Shown here: piece by piece, positions 19,911-32,065 of the stretch
Layout of the letters: every line of letters begins with the position of its first letter
Numbering within the stretch: the first letter of the stretch is position 1
Assembly (NCBI GenBank): GCA_965213705.1
Contig: OZ243913.1
Coordinates: 2,368,001 to 2,432,000, forward strand
Length of the DNA stretch: 64,000 bases
Origin: Trueperaceae bacterium
GTDB taxonomy: Bacteria; Deinococcota; Deinococci; Deinococcales; Trueperaceae
Reading direction: 5' to 3'
Position numbers and translations under genes: made by a program
Notes under the pieces: generated by a model
The model's input: only the letters and a program-made list of their open reading frames with translations
Databases searched by the model: none
What the model was told of the DNA's origin: nothing

Positions 19911-20792
19911 CTACGGCTGCGCAATGGCCGCCGCGCCGATGACGCCTGCGTCGGTGCCGAGTTCGGCCGCGCGGATGTCGACCGGCGCGAAGCCCGCCGC
20001 GAACCGCTCGGCGGCAGCGCGAATTTTGTCGAGGTAAAACGCGCCCACCCCGCTCATGCCGCCGCCGAGGACGAAGCCGTCGGGGTCCAAAATCTTGAGG
20101 AGGTTGGCGACGCCGAGGCCGGTGAACGTCGCGGCCTGGTCGACGACGGCCAGGGCTTTGGGCTCGCCGGCCTGAGCCCGCTCGAACACCTCCTGGGTGC
20201 TCAAGCTTGCGCCGTAACTGAACGACGCGTCCCGCGCTATGGCCCGCCCCGACGCTAAAGCTTCCCAGCAGCCGTGGTGGCCGCAGCCGCACAGCGGGCC
20301 GCCCGGCAGCAGCGTCATGTGGCCGACCTCGCCCGCCGCCCCGGTCGCGCCGTGAATGACTGCGTCCCCGACGAACACGCCGCCGCCGATGCCGGTCGAC
20401 AAGGTGATGTAGACGCTGCTGGTCAAGTCTCGAGCCGCGCCGTAGCGGTGCTCGGCGTAACCCGCGGCGTTGGCGTCGTTCTCGAGGGTGATGTGCAAGC
20501 CCAACGCCTCTTGCAAAAGCGCCACGAGCGGGACGTTTCGGAAGCCCGGGATGTTCGGCGCGAACACGACGACGCCGTTTCTCAGGTCGAGCGGCCCCGG
20601 CGAACCGACGCCCACGCCGCGCACCTCCGGGTGTTCGGCGAGCAGCGTTTGTGCGGTCGTCGCCAGCGCCGTCACGACGGCCTCTAAGCCGGTCTGCGGC
20701 GTGGCGACGCGGCGCTGCGCCAAGATGACGCCGTCGTCGACCACCGCCGCTGCGATTTTGGTACCGCCTAAGTCCAGCCCGAGCGTTTTCAT
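19911..20792 (-). CDS. ROK family sugar kinase (glucokinase-like)
   Basis: GLDLGGTK, ENDANAA, STGIGGG, GEVGH and CGCGHHGCWE. Confidence 0.92.
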   Translation of the reverse strand: MKTLGLDLGGTKIAAAVVDDGVILAQRRVATPQTGLEAVVTALATTAQTLLAEHPEVRGVGVGSPGPLDLRNGVVVFAPNIPGFRNVPLVALLQEALGLHITLENDANAAGYAEHRYGAARDLTSSVYITLSTGIGGGVFVGDAVIHGATGAAGEVGHMTLLPGGPLCGCGHHGCWEALASGRAIARDASFSYGASLSTQEVFERAQAGEPKALAVVDQAATFTGLGVANLLKILDPDGFVLGGGMSGVGAFYLDKIRAAAERFAAGFAPVDIRAAELGTDAGVIGAAAIAQP

Positions 20793-20855
20793 GGTGAGAC
20801 ACGCTAACCCGCTTGCCGTAACGCCGTCAAACCGTGTAGCGTCGTCAAAACGGTT

Positions 20856-22337
20856 TCAATCGAGATAGGTCACTATCAACTGCGACTCGGTGTCGCTGTC
20901 TTCGAACGAGGTGGCGCGTCGCCGATTCGTGCCGTTCAGGGGGTCGCCTTCGATGACGAACACCAGGCCGTTGCTGCTCTGCTGCCAACCGGGCAAGTCG
21001 TTGACTTCCTGGACTATCTTTGCGAGGTTGGGGGTCAGGGCGGCCGGGTCGCGGCGGGTGCCTTCTTTGGACAGCCAAGGTGGGGGCTCCCACACGGCGA
21101 CCTCACTCGTCCGCGGCCGGCTCGAGATGTCGCCTACGCCCTGATGAACGAACGTCAAGGCCTGCGGGTTCGCTTGGCCGTAAACGTACAGCTTGACGTA
21201 GCCGCTCGTCTCGTGGTCGACGGTGAACTGGATGCGCGCGTCCAAAATCGTCGCCTTGGGCGGGATGCCTAAGTCGGTGAAGCGTAAACCGATGAGCTGG
21301 TCCGTGTCGACGAAGTCGGTGTTGTAGGTCAGGTCGATGTCGCCGCTTTTGATGTCGACGGCGTTGGCCGGAAAGTCCTCGTTGCGGTCCGGCCCCTTTT
21401 CCCGCGGCACGTTGTTCACCGCGCTCAGGTACTGTTCCGCGTCGTCCGAGGGTCTACGGACGGGCACCACGATTTTCTTTTCCGCGCCGCCGCCGCGGTT
21501 GAAAGTCGCTGTGACTTGCGCGTTGGAACTCAGCGTGACGGAGCAACTGCTCGCTGCCGGGGCGGGGCAGTTTTGCCAACCCGTAAAAACCGAGCCCGCG
21601 TTTTCACGCGCACTCAAGATGACGGTGGAACCTGCCAAAAAGTCGCTTTCGCAGTCGCTGCCGCACTCTATGCCGGTCGGGTTGCTGGTGACCGCGCCGC
21701 TGCCGCTGCCGGCTTTGAGAACCTCGAGCGTGTACAGGGACGGGTCGGGGCTTACGGTGTCGAACAGGGCCGTGACCGTCTTGGGCGCGTCCAGGGTGAG
21801 CTGGCAGGTGGTGCCCGAGCAGTCACCGGCCCAACCCGTAAAGACAGCACCGCTGTCCGGGCTGGCTTGCAGCGTGACGGCGCTGCCCGCTTTGAGCGCG
21901 ACCTCGCAAGCGTCGCGGCACAGGGCAACCTCCTCACCGGCCTCCAAAACCCGCACCGTTCCGCTGCCGCTGCCTGCCTGAGCAAGCGTCAGGACAAAGG
22001 TCTTTTCGGCAAAGGTGGCGCGCACGGCCTTGTCGGCGTTCATGACGACCTCGCAGCTGGGCGCGGCGGGGTCGCTACAGTCGCCGTCCCAGCCCTCGAA
22101 CACCGAGCCGTCGTCGGCGGCGGCGGTGAGCCGGACGGTTTCACCCGCGGCGAACGGTGCGGTCACGTCCTCCCGGTAGGCGGTGACGTCCGCCGCCTGC
22201 ACCTCGACCGTCCCGCTGCCCTCGCCCAAAAAATTTACCGTGAGGGCGGGGGAGACGTCGGAGCTGTTGTTGCAAGCGGCTAGGAGGGCGGTGGCGGTAA
22301 GCAAGACGGCGTAGCGCGAGAAAGCTCTTGGGTTCAT
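20856..22337 (-). CDS. Lipoprotein with three InlB B-repeat-like domains and a C-terminal beta-sandwich
   Basis: Lipobox LAAC; three GSGxV...LxA...FxGW..C...C..T..A.F repeats. Confidence 0.8.
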   Translation of the reverse strand: MNPRAFSRYAVLLTATALLAACNNSSDVSPALTVNFLGEGSGTVEVQAADVTAYREDVTAPFAAGETVRLTAAADDGSVFEGWDGDCSDPAAPSCEVVMNADKAVRATFAEKTFVLTLAQAGSGSGTVRVLEAGEEVALCRDACEVALKAGSAVTLQASPDSGAVFTGWAGDCSGTTCQLTLDAPKTVTALFDTVSPDPSLYTLEVLKAGSGSGAVTSNPTGIECGSDCESDFLAGSTVILSARENAGSVFTGWQNCPAPAASSCSVTLSSNAQVTATFNRGGGAEKKIVVPVRRPSDDAEQYLSAVNNVPREKGPDRNEDFPANAVDIKSGDIDLTYNTDFVDTDQLIGLRFTDLGIPPKATILDARIQFTVDHETSGYVKLYVYGQANPQALTFVHQGVGDISSRPRTSEVAVWEPPPWLSKEGTRRDPAALTPNLAKIVQEVNDLPGWQQSSNGLVFVIEGDPLNGTNRRRATSFEDSDTESQLIVTYLD

Positions 22338-22432
22338 GACGTTGCCTTTCGAGGTGAGGGCGTGCCCTCTTGAATTTACAGCTTTTGTCTTGGTGCGGTT
22401 TTTGGGCGGGGTCCTAATTCGGGCGCTTCAGG

Positions 22433-24390
<1,958 letters not shown>

Positions 24391-24406
24391 GCGCAGCAGG
24401 GTCCGA

Positions 24407-24706
24407 CTAGACGCCGAAATCTTGCGGCCTGCCTCGCTGAAAGGTGAGTTTGGGCGTGTAGCGCAGGTTCAAACTCGCGGCGACCTCGCGCTGCAGGTGA
24501 CCGCTGGCCCCGTTGAGCGCTTCCAAAAGGTCGTCGTAGGCGTCATCTTCTAGGGTGCTCACCGACACTTCGGCGCTGCGCCCGTCCCCGGTCACCTGAA
24601 CCTCTTCGACGGTAACCACCAGCGGCACACGCGGGTCGCGCAAGGTGGTGATGAGGTTGGAGAGTTCACGCTGCAGGGTCTGCTCTAACTTGGCGAATTT
24701 GCTCAT
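24407..24706 (-). CDS. rbfA: Ribosome-binding factor A
   Basis: LRDPRV, VTVEEVQVTGD and LNLRYTPKLTF. Confidence 0.9.
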   Translation of the reverse strand: MSKFAKLEQTLQRELSNLITTLRDPRVPLVVTVEEVQVTGDGRSAEVSVSTLEDDAYDDLLEALNGASGHLQREVAASLNLRYTPKLTFQRGRPQDFGV

Positions 24707-24835
24707 GCCCGCCAGGATAACAGAGGCGCGTCCTGCTTAGGGTTGTCGGCGCTCTCACCGTGACCCCGGCCAAAACAGACCTTGTAGACAGGCCTTGTAG
24801 TGGCCTGTCGTGGCAGTGGCCTATTATACTGGATC

Positions 24836-26014
24836 GTGACGGTCACCCTTCCCAAAGCCGCGGCGCGAAGGCTGCTCGCCCACCACCACTTTCGACAATG
24901 GGATGTAGAAACGGTGTTGGCGCGCCTCGGCAGCGTCCAGTTCGACCCGTTGAAACCCGTCGGGCGCAACCACGACCTCGTGTTGCAGGCTCGCGTTCCC
25001 GGTTACCGAGTAGACGACTGGGAACGCCTCGCTTACAAAGACCGCTTTCTCCTCGACGCCTGGGACAAACAAGCCTCGCTCGTGCTGACGAAAGACTGGC
25101 CCGTGCGCCGTGTCTACCACGCTTGGCACGAACCTCGTTGGCGCGAGCGCGTTTTGGACGCGCATCCGGAGGCTGTCGACACCGTGCTTGCCGAACTGCG
25201 TGAGCGCGGGCCGCTGACCTCGAGCGCGTTCAGGTTTCAAATTCACAAAGACGAGTGGCGGGGTTCCTGGTACGGCCCCAAACTCACCAAGCACGTGCTG
25301 CGCGCGCTGTGGCACACGGGCCGCGTGCTCACGCACGGCCGCAAAAACGGCCACCACGTTTACGATCTTGCCGAGCGCGTCGTGCCCGCTGAATACTTTC
25401 ACGCGGCCACGGTAAGCGAGCGCGAAAGCGTCGAGTGGCTCGTCAAGTTGCGGCACCGGGCCGTCGGCCTGCTCCGCCCCAACGCGAGTTGGGAGGTGTG
25501 GAGTTTCGGTCTAAAGGCGGCGGAGAAAAACCGGGTCATCGCCGACCTCGCACGGCGCGGCGAACTCGTCCCCGTCGAAGTCGAAGGGGTGCGCTTCCAC
25601 GCGTTGCCGGGTGTGCTCGAGACCCTGGACACCGCCCAACCCGTCAACCGCATGGTTTTCGTCGCCCCGCTCGACCAAATCGTCTGGGACAGAAAGGCCG
25701 TGGCGCACCTGTTCGGCTTCGACTACGTTTGGGAGGTCTACAAACCTGTTCAGGACCGCAAGTGGGGTTACTACGTGTTGCCGGTCTTCTACCGCGACCG
25801 CTTCGTGGCGCGCTTCGACTCGAGGCTTAAAAACGGCGTTTGGGAACTCTACGCCTGGTACTGGGAGCCGGGTGTGACGCCGGACGCCGACATGCTCTCA
25901 GCTTTGGAAAAAGCGGTGGCGCGCTTCAAAACGTATCTCGGCGCTGAAAAAGTGAAGCTGCCGCGGGGCCTGGACAAGGGCACGCGGGCCGCGTGGCAGG
26001 CGGGAGCGAAATAG
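24836..26014 (+). CDS. YcaQ/AlkZ-like crosslink-repair DNA glycosylase (winged helix)
   Basis: VQFDP (QxD motif), GRNHDLVL, APLDQIVWDR and FDYVWEVYKP..RKWGYYVLP; TATACT 5 nt before GTG 24836. Confidence 0.88.
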   Translation: MTVTLPKAAARRLLAHHHFRQWDVETVLARLGSVQFDPLKPVGRNHDLVLQARVPGYRVDDWERLAYKDRFLLDAWDKQASLVLTKDWPVRRVYHAWHEPRWRERVLDAHPEAVDTVLAELRERGPLTSSAFRFQIHKDEWRGSWYGPKLTKHVLRALWHTGRVLTHGRKNGHHVYDLAERVVPAEYFHAATVSERESVEWLVKLRHRAVGLLRPNASWEVWSFGLKAAEKNRVIADLARRGELVPVEVEGVRFHALPGVLETLDTAQPVNRMVFVAPLDQIVWDRKAVAHLFGFDYVWEVYKPVQDRKWGYYVLPVFYRDRFVARFDSRLKNGVWELYAWYWEPGVTPDADMLSALEKAVARFKTYLGAEKVKLPRGLDKGTRAAWQAGAK

Positions 26015-26458
26015 ATGGAGCTTCAAGTAGGCGAGTATACCGTCAGCACGGACAAAACTAAGCTTGAGCTGGACGTGATTCACGGCTTTCTCTTCACCTG
26101 CTACTGGTCTAAGGGCGTTCCGAGAGAGGTCGTGGCGCGGTCTCTCGAGCACTCGCTCTGCTTCGGTGTCTACAAGGGTCGGGAGCAGGTGGGGCTGGCC
26201 CGCGTCGTTACCGACTACGCGACGTTCGTGTATGTCGCCGACGTGTTTGTGCTCGAGGTCCACCGGGGGCGAGGTCTGAGTGTCGCCCTGATGGATGCGG
26301 TCGTAAACCATCCTGATTTGGCGGGCGTGCGAACTTGGCTGCTCTTGACCTCGGATGCCCACGGCCTCTACCGCAAGTTCGGTTTCGAGGTTTTTGAAAA
26401 CGAGCGTGTGATGCGGCGGAAGGTGCCGTATCCCTACAGGCTCGAGGAGCCTCTTTAA
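26015..26458 (+). CDS. GNAT family N-acetyltransferase
   Basis: QVGLARVVTDYATF, HRGRGL and DAHGLYRKFGF. Confidence 0.9.
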   Translation: MELQVGEYTVSTDKTKLELDVIHGFLFTCYWSKGVPREVVARSLEHSLCFGVYKGREQVGLARVVTDYATFVYVADVFVLEVHRGRGLSVALMDAVVNHPDLAGVRTWLLLTSDAHGLYRKFGFEVFENERVMRRKVPYPYRLEEPL

Positions 26459-26482
26459 CAAGCTTGTGCTAGCATATATGTC

Positions 26483-26773
26483 ATGAAGCGCACCACGGTT
26501 TATTTAGAAGAAGAAACCGACCTCGAGCTTAAGCGCTTGGCGAAACGAGAGGGATGTTCGAAAGCTGAACTCATCCGCGGGGTTCTGAGCGGACACGTTG
26601 AGGAGGCCAAAAAGAAACCTTTCCAGTTACCTGACTGGGTGGGAATGGGCCGGAGTGAGGTCTCTTACACGCCGGAAGAGGAAGAAGCGCTGCTGGGACG
26701 GCTTATCGAAAAAGACTACGCGCGCATCATGGCGGATTGGGAGGCGCACGAACGTAACGATGATTCTGGCTGA
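26483..26773 (+). CDS. CopG/RHH antitoxin (VapB-like)
   Basis: MKRTTVYLEE...SKAELIR ribbon-helix-helix; overlaps a PIN gene. Confidence 0.85.
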   Translation: MKRTTVYLEEETDLELKRLAKREGCSKAELIRGVLSGHVEEAKKKPFQLPDWVGMGRSEVSYTPEEEEALLGRLIEKDYARIMADWEAHERNDDSG

Positions 26774-27158
26774 TACGAGCGGTATCCTCGTGCTTTTGGA
26801 TCCACGTCACGAGCGTCATGAGGCGGCGAAGCGCTACCTGCCCGATTTGCTCATCCCTACTTCCATTCTCTGCGAGGTGGACTACCTGGCGAGCGAGCGC
26901 TTTGGTCCACTGGCCGCCCGCAGGTTCTTAGCGAGTCTTGCAGAGGCGAAGTTCCCGTTTCTCGACCTTGATTTGCTAGATATTCAGCTTACTTACGCGT
27001 TGATGGAGCAGTATGCCGACGCAAATATTGGTTTCGTAGACGCGAGCATCGTGGCGCTCGCTGAACGTCACAAAATAAATAGAATCCTGACTCTTGACCG
27101 AAAACACTTCAGCTTTGTAAAAGCTCCGACTCTGGGGATTTTGGCATCTTTGCCGTGA
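26760..27158 (+). CDS. PIN-domain toxin (VapC-like)
   Basis: ILADTS, LCEVDY, GFVDASIVALAE and LTLDRKHF. Confidence 0.9.
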   Translation: MILADTSGILVLLDPRHERHEAAKRYLPDLLIPTSILCEVDYLASERFGPLAARRFLASLAEAKFPFLDLDLLDIQLTYALMEQYADANIGFVDASIVALAERHKINRILTLDRKHFSFVKAPTLGILASLP

Positions 27159-27958
27159 TTGTCGTCAAAGTCGGCGGCTCTTTGGGCATCGACTACGACG
27201 CCCTCTGCGCCGACGTGGCCGAACTTTGGAAAGCGGGCCGGAAGCTCGTCCTCGTCCACGGTGGCAGCGCCGAGACGAACCGCGTCGCCGCAGCGCTCGG
27301 GCACCCGCCCAAGTTCGTTACCTCCCCGAGCGGCTACACCAGCCGCTTTACCGACCGTGAAACCCTGGAGATTTTCGAGATGGTCTACTGCGGCAAGGTG
27401 AACAAAGGAATCGTCGAGCGCTTGCAGAAGTCGGCGGTCAACGCGGTCGGACTTTCGGGACTTGACGGCCGCATCTTCGAGGGCAGACACAAAGACTCGG
27501 TGCGCAGCGTCGAAGACGGCAAAACGAAGATTTTGCGCGGCGACCACACGGGCACCGTCGAGCGGGTGAACGTGGGTCTGCTCGAGCTGCTTCTTTCGAA
27601 CAACTACCTGCCCGTCTTGACCCCCCCGGGTGCGAGCTTTGAAGGCGTCGCCGTGAACGTCGACGGCGACCGGGCGGCGGCGGCGGTGGCCGTGGCGCTG
27701 AAAGCCGAAACCCTCTTACTGCTTTCCAACGTGCCGGGTTTGCTGCGTGACTTTCCGGACGAGAGCACGCTTATAGAAAGTATTCCCGCTCGAGACGTCG
27801 AAAGTTTTATGGCGTTCGCCGAAGGCCGCATGAAAAAGAAAGTCCTGGGCGCGGCCGAGGCGGTCGCGGGCGGGGTGGGCAGGGTGGTTTTCGGGGACGC
27901 TCGAGTTCCATCTCCTATCCAACAGGCTCTTGCCGGACGCGGCACGGTCGTATTATAG
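27155..27958 (+). CDS. lysZ: [LysW]-aminoadipate kinase
   Basis: VVKVGGS, VHGGS, FVTSPSGYTSRFTD, NVDGDRAAA and GRMKKKV are typical of Deinococcus-Thermus LysZ. Confidence 0.85.
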   Translation: MIVVKVGGSLGIDYDALCADVAELWKAGRKLVLVHGGSAETNRVAAALGHPPKFVTSPSGYTSRFTDRETLEIFEMVYCGKVNKGIVERLQKSAVNAVGLSGLDGRIFEGRHKDSVRSVEDGKTKILRGDHTGTVERVNVGLLELLLSNNYLPVLTPPGASFEGVAVNVDGDRAAAAVAVALKAETLLLLSNVPGLLRDFPDESTLIESIPARDVESFMAFAEGRMKKKVLGAAEAVAGGVGRVVFGDARVPSPIQQALAGRGTVVL

Positions 27959-27968
27959 TCGCGCCATT

Positions 27969-28445
27969 ATGAACCCTTTGCGGCGCCGTTTCGCACTGTT
28001 CGGTTGTGCGCTTTTTCTGAGCGTTCCTTTGCTTACAGCTTGCCCCATCTATCCCGACCCCTCTTTTCCGCCGCCGCCCCCAAACTATGATTTCAAAGGA
28101 ACATGGTTAGGTACTTTGAGCGACAGCCAGGGTGGCGAGGGCTCGCTTGCCCTCACTTTCAACTACCAAAGTTATTTCTCTTTTGGCGGTGGCTGGCAGG
28201 CAAATTTTGGTTCCGGCGACTCGGAGGGTGTTTTCGACGGTCAGGAAGACCCCTACAGCGGCGGCGTTTCGGCGTTGCTGTACCTTGCCGAGTTTCCAAA
28301 CTGTGCGCTCGAGATTAGGGGCGCCAGAGATGAGGATACCGTGGCGGGAACCTACCGAGCGGCGAGCTTTCAGCCGGAAGGCTGCACGGCCGCCGCCTTC
28401 GGTCTGGGAACCTTTACCGTGACGAAGCAGGCCCTGGCAGACTAA
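27969..28445 (+). CDS. Hypothetical lipoprotein
   Basis: Basic N-terminus, hydrophobic stretch, LTAC lipobox, Pro-rich linker and a beta-rich domain. Confidence 0.65.
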   Translation: MNPLRRRFALFGCALFLSVPLLTACPIYPDPSFPPPPPNYDFKGTWLGTLSDSQGGEGSLALTFNYQSYFSFGGGWQANFGSGDSEGVFDGQEDPYSGGVSALLYLAEFPNCALEIRGARDEDTVAGTYRAASFQPEGCTAAAFGLGTFTVTKQALAD

Positions 28446-28631
28446 ACTCGGGCATGACCCAAGTCGCCAGCCACACCCACTGCTTGTTTGACTTGTGGCA
28501 CTAGCTATGTGGCACTGCCTATAAGGCGCTACCCGGGTCGTGCAGGCTTGACCGGCTTTGCCCCACCGTGATAGACTTTCTGGCGCTCGAGCTGCGGCCG
28601 GTTGATTCGGATTGTAGGTTCGCAAACGTTC

Positions 28632-28708
28632 GGGCGATTAGCTCAGTTGGTTAGAGCGCGTCGCTGATAACGACGAGGTCAGTGGTTCAAATCCACTATC
28701 GCCCACCA
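28632..28708 (+). tRNA. tRNA-Ile(GAT)
   Basis: Cloverleaf GGGCGAT...ATCGCCC-A-CCA; anticodon arm CGTCG-CTGATAA-CGACG; GGTTCAAATCC. Confidence 0.96.
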
Positions 28709-28716
28709 CAACAAGC

Positions 28717-28749
28717 ACAGGCGTCATCTTTAAATTAGATGACGCCTGT
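28717..28749. terminator. Hairpin downstream of tRNA-Ile (probable terminator)
   Basis: ACAGGCGTCATCT...AGATGACGCCTGT inverted repeat. Confidence 0.55.
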
Positions 28750-28848
28750 GCTGTTCGAGGCGTTCGGCTCGCCTCAAGAGGGTTCTTGGCAGTACAAACA
28801 AAGAGTTCAAGAGCTTTACTTTTACTCGATTCTAAAACTTCTCGAGCC

Positions 28849-30117
28849 CTATCGAAACACGTCCTGCTTGGCCCCCAGCACCAGCCGCAGTTTGAAGGTG
28901 GCGTCGCCCCGTTGCACGGTGACAACTACCGTTTGACCGACCTCTTTGCGAAACAGGACCTCGAACAGGTCGTTAACCGTACGCACGCGTTCGTCGTCGA
29001 CTTCTGTAATCACGTCTGCCCGCTCTATCTCGCGCCGGACCGGGTCGACTTCTAAGTCCTTAAAACCTGCTTTGGCGGCGGGTCCGCCCGGTTGCACGGT
29101 ACCTACGATAGCGCCCGCACGCGGGCCGAGGTTGGCCTGGGGAGAACGGCTGGGACTGTATTCGCCGGGTAGGGTCAGGCCGACGACGGGAATGTCGTGG
29201 CGTTCGCCGGCCATGAGCGCTGTTACCGCTTCGCTGCTTGCCAGCACAGGCACCGCGTAGGAAGCGAAACCGCGTTGCGGAACGATGATGGGGCGCAGGT
29301 ATTCAGGAATCGGGCTGTCGCTGGGCGAGCCCAAAGCGTTCGGCCGAAAGCTGATATAGCTCACTACCCCTATCGCCTCGCCCTGCGCGTTGATGATGGG
29401 GCCGCCCGAGTCGCCGGGAGACAACGCCGCGGTCAGCTCGATGGTGTCTTTCGCGAAGCGGGCCCGCGGGCTTGCCACCCCGAGCCGCGAGATGCGCCCG
29501 GCTCGGCCCTCTAAAAACGCCCCCCGACTGTTGCCGATGGCGATGATGTCGCTGCCGACCTTGGGTGTAGCGGTCGCCAAGGGCAAAAAGGCCACGCCGA
29601 CAGGTGTTTCCGCCTTGAGCAGGGCCAAGTCCAGGTAGGCGTCGAAGCCGACGGGCTCGAGCGGGTACTCACGCCCGTCGGGACTCACCCCGACGTAAGT
29701 GACGCCGGCCCGGACATCGCCGGAAATCTCACTTTTGTCGACGACGTGGTTGGCCGTCAGCACAAAACCGTCATCGCTGATAAAAAAGCCGGTGCCCACG
29801 CCGATAGGGCCGCCTAAGTACACCGGGCTGCGCGCCTCTATGCGCAGCGTAGCCGGACGGGCGGCGTTGAACACCTCGCTGAAAGCGCCCGAGGGCGGTA
29901 CCACCTCCGGCAGGTTTTGGCTGACGTGGTGGTAAGCGAGGCTCGGCTGCCGTTTGAAAGGGGTTACAAAAGACCAGGAGAACACGGTTACCAGCAGGGC
30001 GAGCAGCAACCAGGTCAGGCGGCGCAAACCTTTTCTGGGGGGCAGTTCGGTGAGTGGTACGAGGTCGGTCGCTGAAGCGTCGGCAGGTGGAGAAGGGTCG
30101 CTCTCGTGCATGTTCAT
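28849..30117 (-). CDS. HtrA/DegP-like S1C serine protease with a PDZ domain
   Basis: TM anchor, GTGFFIS, LTANHVV, DLALLK, PGDSGGP and a C-terminal PDZ. Confidence 0.92.
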   Translation of the reverse strand: MNMHESDPSPPADASATDLVPLTELPPRKGLRRLTWLLLALLVTVFSWSFVTPFKRQPSLAYHHVSQNLPEVVPPSGAFSEVFNAARPATLRIEARSPVYLGGPIGVGTGFFISDDGFVLTANHVVDKSEISGDVRAGVTYVGVSPDGREYPLEPVGFDAYLDLALLKAETPVGVAFLPLATATPKVGSDIIAIGNSRGAFLEGRAGRISRLGVASPRARFAKDTIELTAALSPGDSGGPIINAQGEAIGVVSYISFRPNALGSPSDSPIPEYLRPIIVPQRGFASYAVPVLASSEAVTALMAGERHDIPVVGLTLPGEYSPSRSPQANLGPRAGAIVGTVQPGGPAAKAGFKDLEVDPVRREIERADVITEVDDERVRTVNDLFEVLFRKEVGQTVVVTVQRGDATFKLRLVLGAKQDVFR

Positions 30118-30526
30118 ACACTATTATGTGGCAAACAAGCGGCTCGTGACTGCTAGATAAATGACAAACGGCCCGGCGCGACCGGGCCGTAACTTTTGCA
30201 CCGTGAGGTCGGCGTCGTCTGCTGATGAACGGCTCTAGCCGTCGGAACCGCGCAGAACCTGAGGGCTGACGTCCTGGTGGTTGACGTCGAAGCGCCGGAA
30301 ACAAAAAAACCCGATTGCGTGAAAAGTTTTCACGCAGACCCCTCTCGGGGGTTTGCACAGCGGTAGCAAAAAGTTTTGTAAGCACACGCTCGTTTTTGGG
30401 GTTGAACCGAGCGAACAAGTCGTACGTGCGGTCTGACGTATAATCGTGGGGAACGGTAACTGTGGGGGACGGTAGCCCGTCGCTGTGCGAACCGATAACC
30501 GAATTTACGCGAAACGGGTGTCAACG

Positions 30527-31543
30527 ATGTCTCTAGCTGCAACCATCAACAACAAGGGTGAACTCGACTACACGGCCAAGGTCGCCCTCATCGCCGAAAA
30601 GCTCCGCGCCTGGCAGGGTCCCGTCGTGCTCGTCAGCCACGTCGACCCGGACGGCGACGCGCTCGGCAGCACCTTGGCACTGAAGCGGGCCTTGGAAAGC
30701 CTTGGCAAAGAGACTATCTTACCCTTCGAAGCGCCGCGCTTTTTGGCGTTTTTGGCGCACGAGGGCGAACTCTCCGCACCGCTCGACAAGCTGCCTGAAA
30801 ACACGCTGCTGGCCGTGCTGGACGTGTCCGACGCGGCTCGAGCCGTCGGCGCACCGCTTACCGGCGCAGCGTTCACCGTCAACATCGACCATCACGGCAC
30901 CAACGACCGTTTCGGCGACTTGTCCTGCGTACAGCCCGCCAAGGCCGCCACCGCGCAAATTGTCAAGGACCTTGTCGACGCCATGAACGTCGCTTGGACC
31001 CCGGACATTGCAACACCTTGTCTCACCGGCATCATCACCGACACGGGGAACTTTCGCTACAGCAACACCAACCGCGGCGTCCTGAGCGACGCGGGCGAAC
31101 TGTTGGAAGTCGGCGTGAACTACGCCGACCTGACCGACCGCTTGCAGTGGCGCGACCCGAAATACTTTGAAATGCTCGGCAAGGTCATGGCGACGGTGAA
31201 GTTTCCCTTGAACGGGCTCGTCGCCACCGCCGTCATGACGCCCCAGATGGAAGCGGAGGTCGGCGAGAGCGACGACGACTCGAACGACTACGTCGGGCTG
31301 ATTCGCTACGCCGAAGGCACCAAGGCCGCCATCTTTTTCAAGGTGCGCGAAGACCACGTCAAGCTGTCGGTGCGGGCTCGAGACGGCGTCTCGGCTCAGG
31401 CGATTTGCTACGCCCTCGGCGGCGGCGGCCACGTCAGCGCGGCCGGCGCGAAGGTTGAAGGAACGTTCTCAGAAGTCGAACACAAAACGCTTCAAGCGAC
31501 CGCGGAAGAGTTGCAACGTAAGGGATTTCTGGGCGCAGACTAA
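30527..31543 (+). CDS. DHH/DHHA1 phosphoesterase (NrnA-like)
   Basis: HVDPDGDALGS, NIDHH, TDTGNF and GGGGHVSAAG. Confidence 0.92.
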   Translation: MSLAATINNKGELDYTAKVALIAEKLRAWQGPVVLVSHVDPDGDALGSTLALKRALESLGKETILPFEAPRFLAFLAHEGELSAPLDKLPENTLLAVLDVSDAARAVGAPLTGAAFTVNIDHHGTNDRFGDLSCVQPAKAATAQIVKDLVDAMNVAWTPDIATPCLTGIITDTGNFRYSNTNRGVLSDAGELLEVGVNYADLTDRLQWRDPKYFEMLGKVMATVKFPLNGLVATAVMTPQMEAEVGESDDDSNDYVGLIRYAEGTKAAIFFKVREDHVKLSVRARDGVSAQAICYALGGGGHVSAAGAKVEGTFSEVEHKTLQATAEELQRKGFLGAD

Positions 31544-31576
31544 AATCCTCAATATAAGTTAGGTACACTTATCCTC

Positions 31577-32065
31577 ATGAGCTATGACTATCCAAAGTTC
31601 ATTGCTGATACCACTGCTGATTTGCTAAAGGTCAAAGGGCAAGTCTTGAAACGGGTCTTGTTGAACATTGTCGGACACGAGTTCAACGTCTTGTATTTGC
31701 AATTCACATCAGGTTGGTTTAGGGCACTGGGTATAAACGGCTCAGAAACGTTGGGTTTTTATAAGTTTGAGGGGGAACCCGTCGAAGGACCTACCGATGA
31801 AACAGGTATAGGACAAATCTGTACCTTTCCTCCATTCGAGATTTTTACGGGGAAAGAGGTTGCTGAGGTTCGTCAAACCGGTGAAGCGTGGAACGGCCAC
31901 GGATTCGAGTTTATGTTTACCAACCTGTTTGATAAGACGCTCATAGTTCAGTCGATTTACACAGGTAACGAGCCTAAAGATTACGTTGACTGCATCAAGC
32001 TGGGCATTGGCACTTATTTTTACAACGGAACGGAGTTTGCTTTGGCGCGAGAGGTAGAGGTTTAA
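31577..32065 (+). CDS. Hypothetical protein, AT-rich
   Basis: 162-aa ORF filling the gap, with clearly lower GC than its flanks. Confidence 0.65.
   Translation: MSYDYPKFIADTTADLLKVKGQVLKRVLLNIVGHEFNVLYLQFTSGWFRALGINGSETLGFYKFEGEPVEGPTDETGIGQICTFPPFEIFTGKEVAEVRQTGEAWNGHGFEFMFTNLFDKTLIVQSIYTGNEPKDYVDCIKLGIGTYFYNGTEFALAREVEV

Noticed and set aside
28632..28708. tRNA-Ile(GAT) as a sign of an rRNA operon spacer
   Set aside because: The flanks are protein-coding genes with no 16S or 23S sequence, so it is a stand-alone tRNA.
30330..30365. c-di-GMP riboswitch-like GCAAACC...GAGA...GG on the minus strand
   Set aside because: Only a partial resemblance; the second conserved stem and correct spacing were not evident.
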